In this document: one piece after another, positions 1 to 9,514 of the stretch
How the letters are laid out: every line of letters starts with the position of its first letter
How positions within the stretch are numbered: the stretch's first letter is position 1
Source: Anaerolineae bacterium
GTDB lineage: Bacteria > Chloroflexota > Anaerolineae > UBA1429
Reading direction: 5' to 3'
DNA: 64,000 nt
NCBI GenBank assembly: GCA_963675785.1
Contig: OY776562.1
Span: forward strand, 928,001-992,000
Position numbers and translations under genes: made by a program
Notes under the pieces: generated by a model
The model's input: the letters and a program-made list of their open reading frames with translations, nothing else
Databases searched by the model: none
What the model was told of the DNA's origin: nothing

Positions 1-302
1 TGGCCAATGCTTTCTGCTACGGGAAGCACGGCCGGGTTTTCAGGGATACGATCTTCAACAGGAGGAAGCGCTCCAGCAGCGACTTTTTCTGCTAGCATGG
101 GGGCTTCGTTGAAGCGAGATACGGCGGTAACTTCGGTGGGGACTGCGGTTGCTTCACCGCCGCTGGCGGCAGTGGTTGCCGTTGGGGCGGTAGTCGCGGC
201 AGCTTCGGGGGTGGCAGTAGGCTGCGCACAGGCTGCAGCTACGGTTGCTGCTGTTGCAAGAGCGGACACACGAACAAATTCTCTACGCGAAAGCTTTTCC
301 AT
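1..302 (-). CDS. ABC transporter family-5 substrate-binding lipoprotein, N-terminal part (runs off window)
   Basis: Not in the ORF track; reads MEKLSRREFVRVSALATAATVAAACAQP...EAPMLAEKVAAGALPPVEDRIPENP. Twin-arginine signal, lipobox Cys, Ala/Thr linker; GGAG RBS upstream. Confidence 0.85.
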   Translation of the reverse strand, partial: MEKLSRREFVRVSALATAATVAAACAQPTATPEAAATTAPTATTAASGGEATAVPTEVTAVSRFNEAPMLAEKVAAGALPPVEDRIPENPAVLPVAESIG

Positions 303-590
303 TTTTCTCCTTGTATCAAACTTGCCAATTTTACTCTATCTACATGTAGGTAGGGTACTCCTTATGACCATCCGTATCATAAGGAACAAGTAGAGTATAG
401 TGCCTACATGAACAATGTCAACTGAATATTAAGGCCTATCCGGGTGTGGCTGTTTACCTTGCTTTTTATTGTCAAGATGGGTCATCTGGCCATTTGGGGT
501 TGTTGATTCTAAAAGAGGTTGCAGGCGCAGATTCTGAGGGGGAACAGGGGGATATGCGGGATGTGGACAGCGAGTAGTAACAACATGCAA

Positions 591-627
591 AAACACGGGT
601 GCTCAACATTGTGAGCACCCGTGTTGG
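591..627. terminator. Intrinsic terminator hairpin after amidohydrolase
   Basis: AACACGGGTGCTCA-acattg-TGAGCACCCGTGTT, with an A-run on the left side (U-tract on the minus strand). Confidence 0.75.
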
Positions 628-647
628 TTTAGATGGTAGGGCGAGTA

Positions 648-2231
648 TCAGCCTTTGTAGACGATTTGCCCGTCTACGATGGTGGCTAGCACGCCAGCAT
701 CCAGAATCTCCATGGGATCTATTTCATAGATGTCGCGCTTGAAAATCGAAATATCGGCCAGTTTTCCTGGTTCAAGGGAGCCCAGCTTGTTTGACATGCC
801 TGCTGCTGCGGCGGCGCCCTGGGTAAAGCCCTGCACGGCTTGATCTACGGTAAGACGCTCGTCAGGATGCCAGCCTTCTGCGTTGGGCGTGCCGTCTGCT
901 CGGCGGCGGGTTACGGTAGCATGAATGCCTACAAGCGGATCAATAACCTCGACGGGGCAGTCCGAGCCAAAGGCCAGGGTGGTACCCATATCCAGCAGGG
1001 TTTTAAAGGCATAAGCGCCGTAAGAGCGTGAGCCCAGATGTTTGTCCGAGATATACATATCTGAGGTGGCGTGGATGGGCTGCATGGAAGCGATGACGCC
1101 GTTTTCAACCAATCGAGGCAGGTCTTCAGGGCTGAGGATCTGGGCGTGCTCGAGGCGATTGATCACCTGATCACCATAGGCTGCATGTGCCTCTGCAAAG
1201 ACATCGATCATCTCGCGGCAAGCGCGGTCGCCGATGGCGTGCACCGCAGCGCCCAAACCATTCGCATTGGCCTTGAGTACGGATTCGCGCAGTATTTCGA
1301 TGGGGGTGGTGGCAATGCCGGTGTTATCCGGTGCGTCTTCAAAACCCTTGAGCATCCAGGCTGTACGCGAACCAATGGCGCCATCAGCAAACATCTTTAC
1401 CTGGCCGATATGAAGCATATCATCGCCCAAGCCGCTACGAACGCCCGTTGCGATGGCAGCATCAAGTTTCTCCAGGGGAATACTCTTGGTGATGCGCATC
1501 TGGAGATCGCCGCGCTGATGCAGCACTTGCAGTGCCTCGAACGACTCGGTGGGATCCATATCATGCAGCCCCGTCAATCCTTTGCTGTGGCACAGGGCGA
1601 TGGCGCCGTGAATGGCCTCGGCGGCCTGATTCAGGTCGGGAAGAGGAATCAGACTGTTGACCAAGTCAATAGCTGTATCTTCCAGCAGGATGCCTGAAGG
1701 GTTGCCGTCGGCGTCATGGACAATCTCGCCACCATCCGGATCGGGCGTCAAAGCGTCGATACAGGCCAGTTTGAGGGCAGCGCTGTTTACCCAAACGGCG
1801 TGACCGCTCTTGTGTGTGAGCAGGACGGGATGATTTGGCGCAACGGCATCGAGATCGGCAGCGGTGGGGAATATGCCATCCCAGGCATTATGGTTCCAGC
1901 CGCGACCCAGTACCCAACCACCTGTCGGTGTGTTGGCAGCCGTCTCGGCAACGCGATCCAGCAGTTCCTGCTTGGTCGGTGTTTCGGCCTCGATGCGTTT
2001 GAGTGAAAGTGCCAACCACAGCAAGTGCATGTGGCAATCCTGTAGGCCGGGGACAGCACAACCACCTTGAAGGTCGATGCGTTCTGTGTTGGGGCTGGCC
2101 ATGGCCAAGATGGTGGCATCATCACCTACGGCCAAGATTTTGTTGCCGGATATTGCCAGAGCCGACACCTCGCTCAAGGCGGCGTCGAGGGTATGAATAC
2201 GGCCATTGAAAAGGATGATATCTGCAGTCAC
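648..2231 (-). CDS. Amidohydrolase family 3 (YtcJ-like)
   Basis: PGLQDCHMH, KMFADG, HAIGD, RLEHAQ, FGSDCPV, GSLEPGKLAD motifs; GTG start with GGAG RBS chosen over the ORF-track start 2258. Confidence 0.9.
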   Translation of the reverse strand: MTADIILFNGRIHTLDAALSEVSALAISGNKILAVGDDATILAMASPNTERIDLQGGCAVPGLQDCHMHLLWLALSLKRIEAETPTKQELLDRVAETAANTPTGGWVLGRGWNHNAWDGIFPTAADLDAVAPNHPVLLTHKSGHAVWVNSAALKLACIDALTPDPDGGEIVHDADGNPSGILLEDTAIDLVNSLIPLPDLNQAAEAIHGAIALCHSKGLTGLHDMDPTESFEALQVLHQRGDLQMRITKSIPLEKLDAAIATGVRSGLGDDMLHIGQVKMFADGAIGSRTAWMLKGFEDAPDNTGIATTPIEILRESVLKANANGLGAAVHAIGDRACREMIDVFAEAHAAYGDQVINRLEHAQILSPEDLPRLVENGVIASMQPIHATSDMYISDKHLGSRSYGAYAFKTLLDMGTTLAFGSDCPVEVIDPLVGIHATVTRRRADGTPNAEGWHPDERLTVDQAVQGFTQGAAAAAGMSNKLGSLEPGKLADISIFKRDIYEIDPMEILDAGVLATIVDGQIVYKG

Positions 2232-2247
2232 GATTATCTCCACATTT

Positions 2248-2976
2248 CTAACGGGCAACGCCCAGATAGCTTTCGCGTACGCGTGGGTCGTTTAACAAGT
2301 CGGAACCTTTGCCGGACATGATGATCTCTCCGGTGCGCAGCACATAGGCGCGATGGGAGAGCCTGAGGGCCATGGAAGCATTTTGTTCGACGAGCAGAAC
2401 GGTCAATCCCTGCTCTTTGTTCAACTGAACGATGGTTTTGAAGAGATCCTGGATGATGAGCGGTGCGAGACCCAGCGATGGTTCATCCAAAAGCAATACA
2501 CGCGGATTGGTCATCAGGGCGCGGCCCACAGCGAGCATCTGTTGTTCACCGCCAGACAGCGTGCCACCGAGTTGGTCAATACGCTCTTTGAGGATGGGAA
2601 ATAACTGAAAGACCAATTCCAGATTCTGCTCACGCTCTTCATGGTCGCGACGTGTATAGGCGCCGAGCCTGAGGTTTTCTCGTACAGAAAGCGGCGCAAA
2701 GATACGGCGTCCCTCGGGCACCAGTGTAATGCCAGTTGTAACGACCTCGTCTGCATGCTTGGGGAGTTCTTGGCCTTCCAGCGAAACCATACCGGCAGAG
2801 CGGGTTACAACACCAGAAATGGCATTGAGCAGGGTGGATTTACCGGCGCCATTGGCCCCGATCACCGAAATGATCTCTCCACGGTTGACATAAAGAGAAA
2901 CATCCCGAAGGGCGTGAATGCCGCCGTAATGTACATCCAGGTGATCTATCAGGAGGAAAGGGCTGCTATCAGACAT
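2248..2976 (-). CDS. livF: Branched-chain amino acid ABC ATP-binding protein
   Basis: GANGAGKS, LSGGEQQMLA, LLLDEPSLGLAP, VRESYLG. Confidence 0.9.
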   Translation of the reverse strand: MSDSSPFLLIDHLDVHYGGIHALRDVSLYVNRGEIISVIGANGAGKSTLLNAISGVVTRSAGMVSLEGQELPKHADEVVTTGITLVPEGRRIFAPLSVRENLRLGAYTRRDHEEREQNLELVFQLFPILKERIDQLGGTLSGGEQQMLAVGRALMTNPRVLLLDEPSLGLAPLIIQDLFKTIVQLNKEQGLTVLLVEQNASMALRLSHRAYVLRTGEIIMSGKGSDLLNDPRVRESYLGVAR

Positions 2977-3757
2977 ACGATTCGTCCTTTTCACCGAGAT
3001 AGGCCTTGATGACGTGGGGATTACCCTGTACTTCTTGCGGGGTGCCCGCAGTCAGGATCTGTCCCAGGTTCAAGACATAGAGACGTGAGCCTTCGCAGAG
3101 TTCCATCACTACGTTCATGTGATGCTCAATGAGCATAATCGCATAGCCCATTTCGGTATGGATGTTGCGAATGGTTCGGATGAGGTCGTCGCATTCGTCT
3201 TCGTTCATGCCAGCAGCCGGCTCATCCAGCAGCAGCAATTCAGGCGAGGTGGCCATTGCGCGGGCCAGTTCCAGGCGGCGCTGCAAGCCATAAGGCAGGC
3301 TATTGGCTCGTTCAAGGGCCAGACTCTTGAGCCCTACCATGTCGAGCAGTTCATACACGGCTATGCTGCTCTGTTCCTCGGTGCGAACGGCGGCTGGTGT
3401 TCTGACGAATGCCTCGATCAAAGAATACTGTGGTCTGGCATGCAGCCCCAGGGCTACGTTCTCATACGCTGTCATCTCGGGAAACAAGCGGATGTTCTGA
3501 AAAGTGCGGGAAATGCCCAAGTGGCAAAGTTGATCAGACCGTTTGCCGGCTATCGATTGTCCCTTGAAGAGGATTTTTCCTTCAGTGGGGGGGATAGAGC
3601 CGGTTATCAGGTTAAAGATGGTCGTTTTACCGGCACCGTTGGGGCCGATGATCCCTACAAACTCTCCGGGATCGATGTAGATGCTCACGTCATTGACAGC
3701 CCGAAGACCGCCAAATTGCACCGTTACATTCTGAAGATCAAGGATATGATCACTCAT
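2969..3757 (-). CDS. livG: Branched-chain amino acid ABC ATP-binding protein
   Basis: FGGLRAV, GPNGAGKT, RTFQNIRLF, LPYGLQRRLE, DEPAAGMN. Confidence 0.9.
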   Translation of the reverse strand: MSDHILDLQNVTVQFGGLRAVNDVSIYIDPGEFVGIIGPNGAGKTTIFNLITGSIPPTEGKILFKGQSIAGKRSDQLCHLGISRTFQNIRLFPEMTAYENVALGLHARPQYSLIEAFVRTPAAVRTEEQSSIAVYELLDMVGLKSLALERANSLPYGLQRRLELARAMATSPELLLLDEPAAGMNEDECDDLIRTIRNIHTEMGYAIMLIEHHMNVVMELCEGSRLYVLNLGQILTAGTPQEVQGNPHVIKAYLGEKDESYV

Positions 3758-4653
3758 GCCGCATCCACCTTGGCCTTGCGCCGAATGCCCAGGCGAGCAT
3801 AGGCTGCTCTGATGGGAGCCAGATAGCGGCCGAGTTCAAGTTCATAGTATCCGAGTAAACCCTGCGGACGAAAGACCATGATAATGACGAACAAGGAACC
3901 GTACATGATCAGACGCCAGCTTTCCAGCGGCCTCAGGATCTCGGGTAGGGCGATGAGAACAAAACCGGCAATGGCCGGGCCAACCAGAGATTGCATACCG
4001 CCAAAAACGACAGCAGCCAGCAGATCGGATGATTTTGTGACCGTGAACATGGCCGGTGTGAGATAGGCCATGTAAAAAGCCAACAATCCACCAGCAAGGC
4101 CGCAGTAAACCGCGCTGACAAAGAGGGCTGTCATCTGGGTCTTGAGCACGTTAACGCCCATCATTTGTGCTGCGGTAGCATCCTGTTTGACGGCCAGGCA
4201 GTTGCGCCCCCATTGGGATTTGGTAAAGCTGTGGGCCAGAACAAAGGCCAGAAGCATGGCGATCAGTACCAACCAAGGAGAGGTGAGTTTGGGGATGCCC
4301 AGGTAGCCAATGGCGCCATTGATGATCTTGTAGGTATTATTGAGCACCAAACGCACAGCCTCGGCAAAACCAAGGGTGGCAATGGCGAAATAGTCACCAC
4401 GCAGCTGGCTGCGAAATGTGGGATAGCCGATGATCATGCTACAGAGTCCGGCAAAGAGAGCACCGAGGATCAAGGCTAGAATAAAGGGGACGCCGAGTTC
4501 CATATAGAGCACGGCGGCGGCGTATCCGCCAAGGGCCATATAAACCGAATGCCCCATGGAAAAGAGGCCAGTGTATCCGGTTAGAATCGCCAAGCCCAAA
4601 GCGGCAATGACCTGGATACCCCCGAGCACGAGAATGGTATTGAGATAACCCAT
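3754..4653 (-). CDS. livM: Branched-chain amino acid ABC permease
   Basis: GYTGLFSMGH, LRGDYFAIATLGFAE, PQGLLG; multiple TM segments. Confidence 0.88.
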   Translation of the reverse strand: MGYLNTILVLGGIQVIAALGLAILTGYTGLFSMGHSVYMALGGYAAAVLYMELGVPFILALILGALFAGLCSMIIGYPTFRSQLRGDYFAIATLGFAEAVRLVLNNTYKIINGAIGYLGIPKLTSPWLVLIAMLLAFVLAHSFTKSQWGRNCLAVKQDATAAQMMGVNVLKTQMTALFVSAVYCGLAGGLLAFYMAYLTPAMFTVTKSSDLLAAVVFGGMQSLVGPAIAGFVLIALPEILRPLESWRLIMYGSLFVIIMVFRPQGLLGYYELELGRYLAPIRAAYARLGIRRKAKVDAA

Positions 4654-4680
4654 ATTGTGTCTCTTTCGTTCCTGTGCTGC

Positions 4681-5559
4681 TTAGAGCTTGTCGGCGTTCT
4701 TTTTGCCAAACAGGCCATTGGGGAGAAACAGCAAGATAATAATCAATAGAGAAAATGAAAATAGATCACGATAGATCGAAGAAGCATAGCCAGAGATCAT
4801 GGTCTCGATAATGCCAAGCATCAAGCTGGCCACTACGGCCCCCTCCAGGCTGCCCAAGCCGCCGATGATGCTGGCGATCATGGCTTTGATGGTGACCATA
4901 GAGCCGAGATAGGGATAAACGGCGTATTTGATGCCATAGAATACGCCGCTGATGGCGGAAAGTCCGCCTGTTACACCAAAAATGAGAAATGCTACTTTGT
5001 CATTATCGATGCCCATGAGGCTGGCAGTGGTCATATCGATGGCACTTGCACGAATGCCCAAACCGGCCTTGGTGCGATACAGGAACAGATATAGCCCGAC
5101 CAGTGCTGCAAAGGACAAGACTGCTGCCAGCAGGTCCATCTTGCCGATAGCCACGCCACCCAGTTGGAACGAACCGGTGGTTACTTCGGGAAAGCTGCGA
5201 AAGGCGCCGCCAAAAGCTTTGTTCATGATGTTGATAAGAGCGATATTAGCGCCCATAGCAGAGATCATCATGAAAAGGCGGGGGGCATTGCGGTTTCGCA
5301 GAGGCCGGTAGGCGATGCGTTCAACCGCTACAGAAAATAGCACTGTGGCGATGATTGCTACGAGGGTAGCCAACCAAAAAGGCAGATGGGCTAGTGAGAT
5401 GGTGTAAAAGCCCGCAAAGGCTCCTACAACCATGAATGCATCAAAGGCCCAGTTCGTAAAGTTGTATACGCTATAGACTAGCGCATAACCAACTGCGAGA
5501 AGCGCATAAACTGAGCCGATAGAGATTCCGCTAACGAGTTGCTGGAAGAAAAGCGTCAT
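4681..5559 (-). CDS. livH: Branched-chain amino acid ABC permease
   Basis: GSVYALLAVGYALVY, ERIAYRPLR, IIGGLGS, PNGLFG. Confidence 0.88.
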   Translation of the reverse strand: MTLFFQQLVSGISIGSVYALLAVGYALVYSVYNFTNWAFDAFMVVGAFAGFYTISLAHLPFWLATLVAIIATVLFSVAVERIAYRPLRNRNAPRLFMMISAMGANIALINIMNKAFGGAFRSFPEVTTGSFQLGGVAIGKMDLLAAVLSFAALVGLYLFLYRTKAGLGIRASAIDMTTASLMGIDNDKVAFLIFGVTGGLSAISGVFYGIKYAVYPYLGSMVTIKAMIASIIGGLGSLEGAVVASLMLGIIETMISGYASSIYRDLFSFSLLIIILLFLPNGLFGKKNADKL

Positions 5560-5585
5560 TTAGGCAGGACCTTTTTCTTGCTGGG

Positions 5586-5620
5586 TCTGCCAGGGATGGC
5601 CTAAACACACCCCTGGCAGA
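5586..5620. terminator. Hairpin between substrate-binding gene and permeases (mRNA stabiliser or attenuator)
   Basis: TCTGCCAGGG...CCCTGGCAGA inverted repeat. Confidence 0.5.
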
Positions 5621-5631
5621 CTGGTTAAAGC

Positions 5632-6792
5632 CTAAGCCTCGGGCTCGTAGGTCTTGACGAGTTGCCACTGTGAATCTGTAATCTGCATCAGAATGATGGG
5701 CTTGTTGTACGGATTGTGGGTAGAAGGCTCAACGGTGATGTTGCTGGAGAAGCAAGGCACATCCACCATATTCTCTAGCGCATCGCGGATAGCAACGGAA
5801 TCGCCGCTGCCGGCTTCGCCGATGGCGTATTCGAGCATGTAGAGCGCATCGAGGGCATAGTAGGCATAAACAGTGGCCTTCATGTCGTGCTTGGCTTCAA
5901 AGGCCTCGTTGTAAGCCTGGAATTCGGGAGCATCGGTGGAGAGGCCACTGGAGAGATAGGCCCCTTCGAGTTCTGGGCCGGCCATGTCGAGCAGTTCATC
6001 AGCGACCCAACCATCAACGCCCAGGAACTGGATGTCGAGGCCCAGAGCATCGGCCTGCTTGGCAATGAGTGCGGCATCGCGGTAGGTGGCAGTGGGAACA
6101 ACCAGCAAGTCGGCGCCAGAATCGGCGACGGTGCTGAGCTGTGCACGGAATTCCTGGTCGCCAGACTGGTAACCTTCGAGTGTAGCCACAGAGCCACCGA
6201 GTTCGGTAAAGTGCTCGACAAAGTACTCTTGAATGGCCACGGAATAGGCAGCTGTCACGTCGGTGATAAAGGCAACGCTACGCTTGCCTAATTCATTGTA
6301 GGCAAAGTCAGCCAAAGCATAGCCCTGATAGGGGTCGATGAAACAGGCGCGGAACATGTAGGGGTGAAGGTTTCCATCTTCGTCTACGGTTACGTTGATG
6401 TTGGAGGCAGTGGTGGTGATGATGGGCACCTGGGCCGCGTCAGCGATGGTAGCCAGAGCAATACCTGCGCCAGACCATTCGGGGCCGATGATGGCAGAAA
6501 CCTTGTCCTGCTCGATCAAGCGGTTGGCTGCGGTAACGGCGTCGGTTACTTCGGAGCGGGTGTCATAGATGACGAGTTCGATCGTTTTGCCGTTGATGCC
6601 GCCAGCAGCATTAATCTCGTCAACGCGATCCTGAAGGGCCAGTTCAGCAGCCTGACCGACATAGGCATCGGCACCGGTTAGCTGAGCAAGTACGCCAATC
6701 TTGATTACATCCTGGCTGCCGCAGCCAGAAAGCACCATGGGCAAAACAAGGACGAGTACAAGAACGATGGAAACAATTCGGCGGGTTTTCAT
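5632..6792 (-). CDS. Branched-chain amino acid ABC substrate-binding lipoprotein (LivK/LivJ family)
   Basis: Start MKTRRIV after GAGGAG RBS; lipobox LSGC; INAAGGING, FRACFIDPYQG. Confidence 0.88.
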   Translation of the reverse strand: MKTRRIVSIVLVLVLVLPMVLSGCGSQDVIKIGVLAQLTGADAYVGQAAELALQDRVDEINAAGGINGKTIELVIYDTRSEVTDAVTAANRLIEQDKVSAIIGPEWSGAGIALATIADAAQVPIITTTASNINVTVDEDGNLHPYMFRACFIDPYQGYALADFAYNELGKRSVAFITDVTAAYSVAIQEYFVEHFTELGGSVATLEGYQSGDQEFRAQLSTVADSGADLLVVPTATYRDAALIAKQADALGLDIQFLGVDGWVADELLDMAGPELEGAYLSSGLSTDAPEFQAYNEAFEAKHDMKATVYAYYALDALYMLEYAIGEAGSGDSVAIRDALENMVDVPCFSSNITVEPSTHNPYNKPIILMQITDSQWQLVKTYEPEA

Positions 6793-7038
6793 GGGGTAGG
6801 TCTCCTCTTGATCCCATTCGGAAAGCGTGAGGTCGTCTAGGTCGGAAACATCCAAGCTGCAAAGCAGTCCAGATATTCTGGCAAATACAACACTCTTCCG
6901 TGAGATAGAGGCCCCCCAGCCTCTCACCGAATCTTCGCCGACGAAGAACTCGATGTCAGAGCATGCGGGCAAGTATATCATACCCACCTTGTCTGCGCAA
7001 GGTATTGGAATGACGGTATGTGTGAAATACTCGCAAAA

Positions 7039-7827
7039 CTATTGGGCACCTTGCACGATTCTAGATCGAGCGTCTTGGATCACGTCAGGCGCGTTTGTGA
7101 GAACACCAGACAATCCCAACTCTGCCCAGTACTCTAGTTCCGGGCCATCATCCACCCAGAACATGTTGAGTGGCATATTGGCGGCATTAGCACATCGGCA
7201 CAGTTCTGGGGTGACCTCGTTTCTGCGCGGCTGGCAGGCCACACAGCCGTAGGCGACATGCCTTTCGATGTTCGAGCGTTCTTGGAGGACGCAGACGGCC
7301 ACATCTTTATCTATTGAACGCACCAGATCGGCCACGGCAAAATCGTCCAGTGTGAGGTAGCTCGTCTTGTAGAGATTGTAGCGGGCGTACAGTGCGCAGA
7401 CGCGCTCTAGGAAGGCAGGTGTTTTCTCTTTGATCTGGATGTTCATGCCGATGCGCCCGGACAGAGCCTTTAGGACTGCTTCGAAAGTGGGGATGGGGCA
7501 GTTGGCATAGGTGGGCGTCTCTCGGCGATGGCCACTGTGATGGGAACCCTGCCAATAGCTGGCGTTGAGCATGGTCAATTGCTGCAGGGTGTAATCATGC
7601 GGAGAGCCGCAACCATCGGTGGTGCGGTCAAGTACGGCATCGTGCAGTAGAATGGGATCACCCTCAAGGGTGGCCCTGAGGTCGAACTCGATGAGATCGA
7701 CACTGAGACCGGCTGCGGCGGTCAACGCCATGAGCGTATTCTCAGGGAATCTGACCGACCAGCCCCTGTGGGCGGTGATCACCAGGCTTTTTTGATCAAA
7801 GACCTCTTGCAGTGCTCGCACGGGCAT
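7039..7827 (-). CDS. Glycerophosphodiester phosphodiesterase family protein
   Basis: AHRG..FPENT, IEFDL, HDAVLDRTT, GVLTNAP. Confidence 0.88.
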   Translation of the reverse strand: MPVRALQEVFDQKSLVITAHRGWSVRFPENTLMALTAAAGLSVDLIEFDLRATLEGDPILLHDAVLDRTTDGCGSPHDYTLQQLTMLNASYWQGSHHSGHRRETPTYANCPIPTFEAVLKALSGRIGMNIQIKEKTPAFLERVCALYARYNLYKTSYLTLDDFAVADLVRSIDKDVAVCVLQERSNIERHVAYGCVACQPRRNEVTPELCRCANAANMPLNMFWVDDGPELEYWAELGLSGVLTNAPDVIQDARSRIVQGAQ

Positions 7828-7935
7828 AACTTGCTCCTCTGTTGGAATAACGTGACGTTAGCGCAACGAGTTTGGCAGGTCAACTGCTAGACCAAGGGAG
7901 CAGACCATGGTATCGTATGTATAGAAAGGTAATCT

Positions 7936-8601
7936 ATGGCAGAAAACACGATTCTGGCTTCTTCCCGATTGTTTGCAGGTGTCTCAGCTCAGGCGCTGGC
8001 TGCATTGGAGGGCGTTTGTGTACAGCGGGTTTTTGCAGTAGGAGCCGTCATTATTAACGAGGGCGATCCCTCTCCGCCCGTTGACCTTATCTTTGAAGGG
8101 CATGTACGCGTGTTTCGCTCGGGCAATGATGGTCGCGAGCAGAGTTTTCACGTGTTGGGCCCCGGTGAAGCGCTGAATCTGGTGCCTGCCTTTGATGGTG
8201 TTGCTGTCTCTGCATCTACTGTGACAGCACTGACTGACGCCCGGCTGGGGCGCATATCGGGCACTACCTTTCGCCGGGTAGTGAGCCAGAACCCCGAGCT
8301 ATCGCTAGCGGTCATGCACTATATGGCCGAACGGCTGCGCCATGTTTCTGGTTTAGCCGCTGAACTGGCCCTCGCCAGCGTACCTTCCAGACTGGCCAGT
8401 TTCTTGCTAAGCCAGTTTTCTGAAGAGGCCGATGGCGAGGTTCGCTGGACCCGCGAGCAGATGGCGGCACGCATCGGCTCGGTACGTGAAGTGGTTAGTC
8501 GCACTCTCTCCGAATTCAAATCCGCCGGACTCATTGACATCGACCGTGATCGCATCATCCTCCTGGATACCGAACGCCTCGCTCTGCTCGCAAAAGTGTG
8601 A
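7936..8601 (+). CDS. Crp/Fnr family transcriptional regulator (HcpR-like by context)
   Basis: cNMP-binding-like domain plus C-terminal HTH TREQMAARIGSVREVVSRTLS; lies next to hcp. Confidence 0.88.
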   Translation: MAENTILASSRLFAGVSAQALAALEGVCVQRVFAVGAVIINEGDPSPPVDLIFEGHVRVFRSGNDGREQSFHVLGPGEALNLVPAFDGVAVSASTVTALTDARLGRISGTTFRRVVSQNPELSLAVMHYMAERLRHVSGLAAELALASVPSRLASFLLSQFSEEADGEVRWTREQMAARIGSVREVVSRTLSEFKSAGLIDIDRDRIILLDTERLALLAKV

Positions 8602-8612
8602 CTTGAATCACA
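8597..8612. promoter_or_regulatory. CRP/HcpR-type operator
   Basis: Perfect TGTGA-cttgaa-TCACA overlapping the regulator stop codon, upstream of the ferredoxin. Confidence 0.7.
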
Positions 8613-8660
8613 GCGCATCACGTTCTCCCGTTGTAAGTTGATAGCAGAATAGGAGATGCG

Positions 8661-8882
8661 GTGATGACAACGGTTTTGCTTCCCTGGATTGATAAGGCTC
8701 GCTGCACAGGTTGTGGCTCTTGCGCCGAACAATGTCCTGACAAGATTGTAACCATGATGGATGACACTCCCTCGTTTGGGGATGTTCGGGCGTGCAGCTA
8801 TTGCGGCCTGTGTGAGGACATTTGCCCCACGGGGGCTATTGCGCTGTCGTTCCGTATCATCGGCTTTTCAGAGAACCAATAA
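8661..8882 (+). CDS. 2x[4Fe-4S] ferredoxin
   Basis: CTGCGSCAEQCP and CSYCGLCEDICP; AGGAG RBS. Confidence 0.9.
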   Translation: MMTTVLLPWIDKARCTGCGSCAEQCPDKIVTMMDDTPSFGDVRACSYCGLCEDICPTGAIALSFRIIGFSENQ

Positions 8883-8951
8883 CCACACGGTAAGATGAAG
8901 GTCTGCCCAGTTAGGGAGATCGCAAAACCATGAGACTCTTGAGTAACTAGA

Positions 8952-9443
8952 TTACATAAACATCTTGGTACATATTTCTATTCCGTTTTTTGTTCGGAAA
9001 ATGTGATTCAGAACGGATTCGCAGGTTGTTCTTGGCTGATCTCCTTCAAAGAGATTCACAAGAAAATCAGCTTCTACAAGGATCTGATAGTCGATACCGT
9101 CGATCTGGGAATAGGTATGGTGATGGCCAACTAGGTAGCATACACGTTCGATTACGTCTTGGTCATAGCTCAACCGTTCAAGCAGGCCTTGTGCTATGGC
9201 GGGGCCCTCAGCTTCTTGCAGCTTGCCATTGCAGTCGCCGTATTTTTCCTCACATACCTTGATACCGATATCGTGGACAACAGCGGCGGTTTCTAGTGTG
9301 AACAGGGTACCCTCGTCCAGCTTTTCAAGCGTACCGATGAGAGATGCAAAGCTATGAACCTTGATGAAATGCTGAATACGCTGAGGATCACCTGCGTAAT
9401 AATCGATCATTTCTAGCAGCAGTTTATCGGTGGAATTCGTCAT
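8952..9443 (-). CDS. HD-domain phosphohydrolase
   Basis: IQHF, VHDIG, GHHH, EADFLVN. Confidence 0.85.
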   Translation of the reverse strand: MTNSTDKLLLEMIDYYAGDPQRIQHFIKVHSFASLIGTLEKLDEGTLFTLETAAVVHDIGIKVCEEKYGDCNGKLQEAEGPAIAQGLLERLSYDQDVIERVCYLVGHHHTYSQIDGIDYQILVEADFLVNLFEGDQPRTTCESVLNHIFRTKNGIEICTKMFM

Positions 9444-9514
9444 CGTTTACCTCGTCACAGTCGTGGCATTCTATTCTGCTATTGAGATTCATTATTCTAC
9501 CATGGAGGTATGAA

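Noticed and set aside
7-393. 128-aa plus-strand ORF
   Set aside because: Antisense shadow of the Tat lipoprotein gene on the minus strand
6793-7038. Long liv leader as T-box, SAM or lysine riboswitch, and the ORF extension to 6987
   Set aside because: Only one small hairpin (GAGAGGC/GCCTCT); no T-box or riboswitch consensus; RBS and signal peptide support the start at 6792
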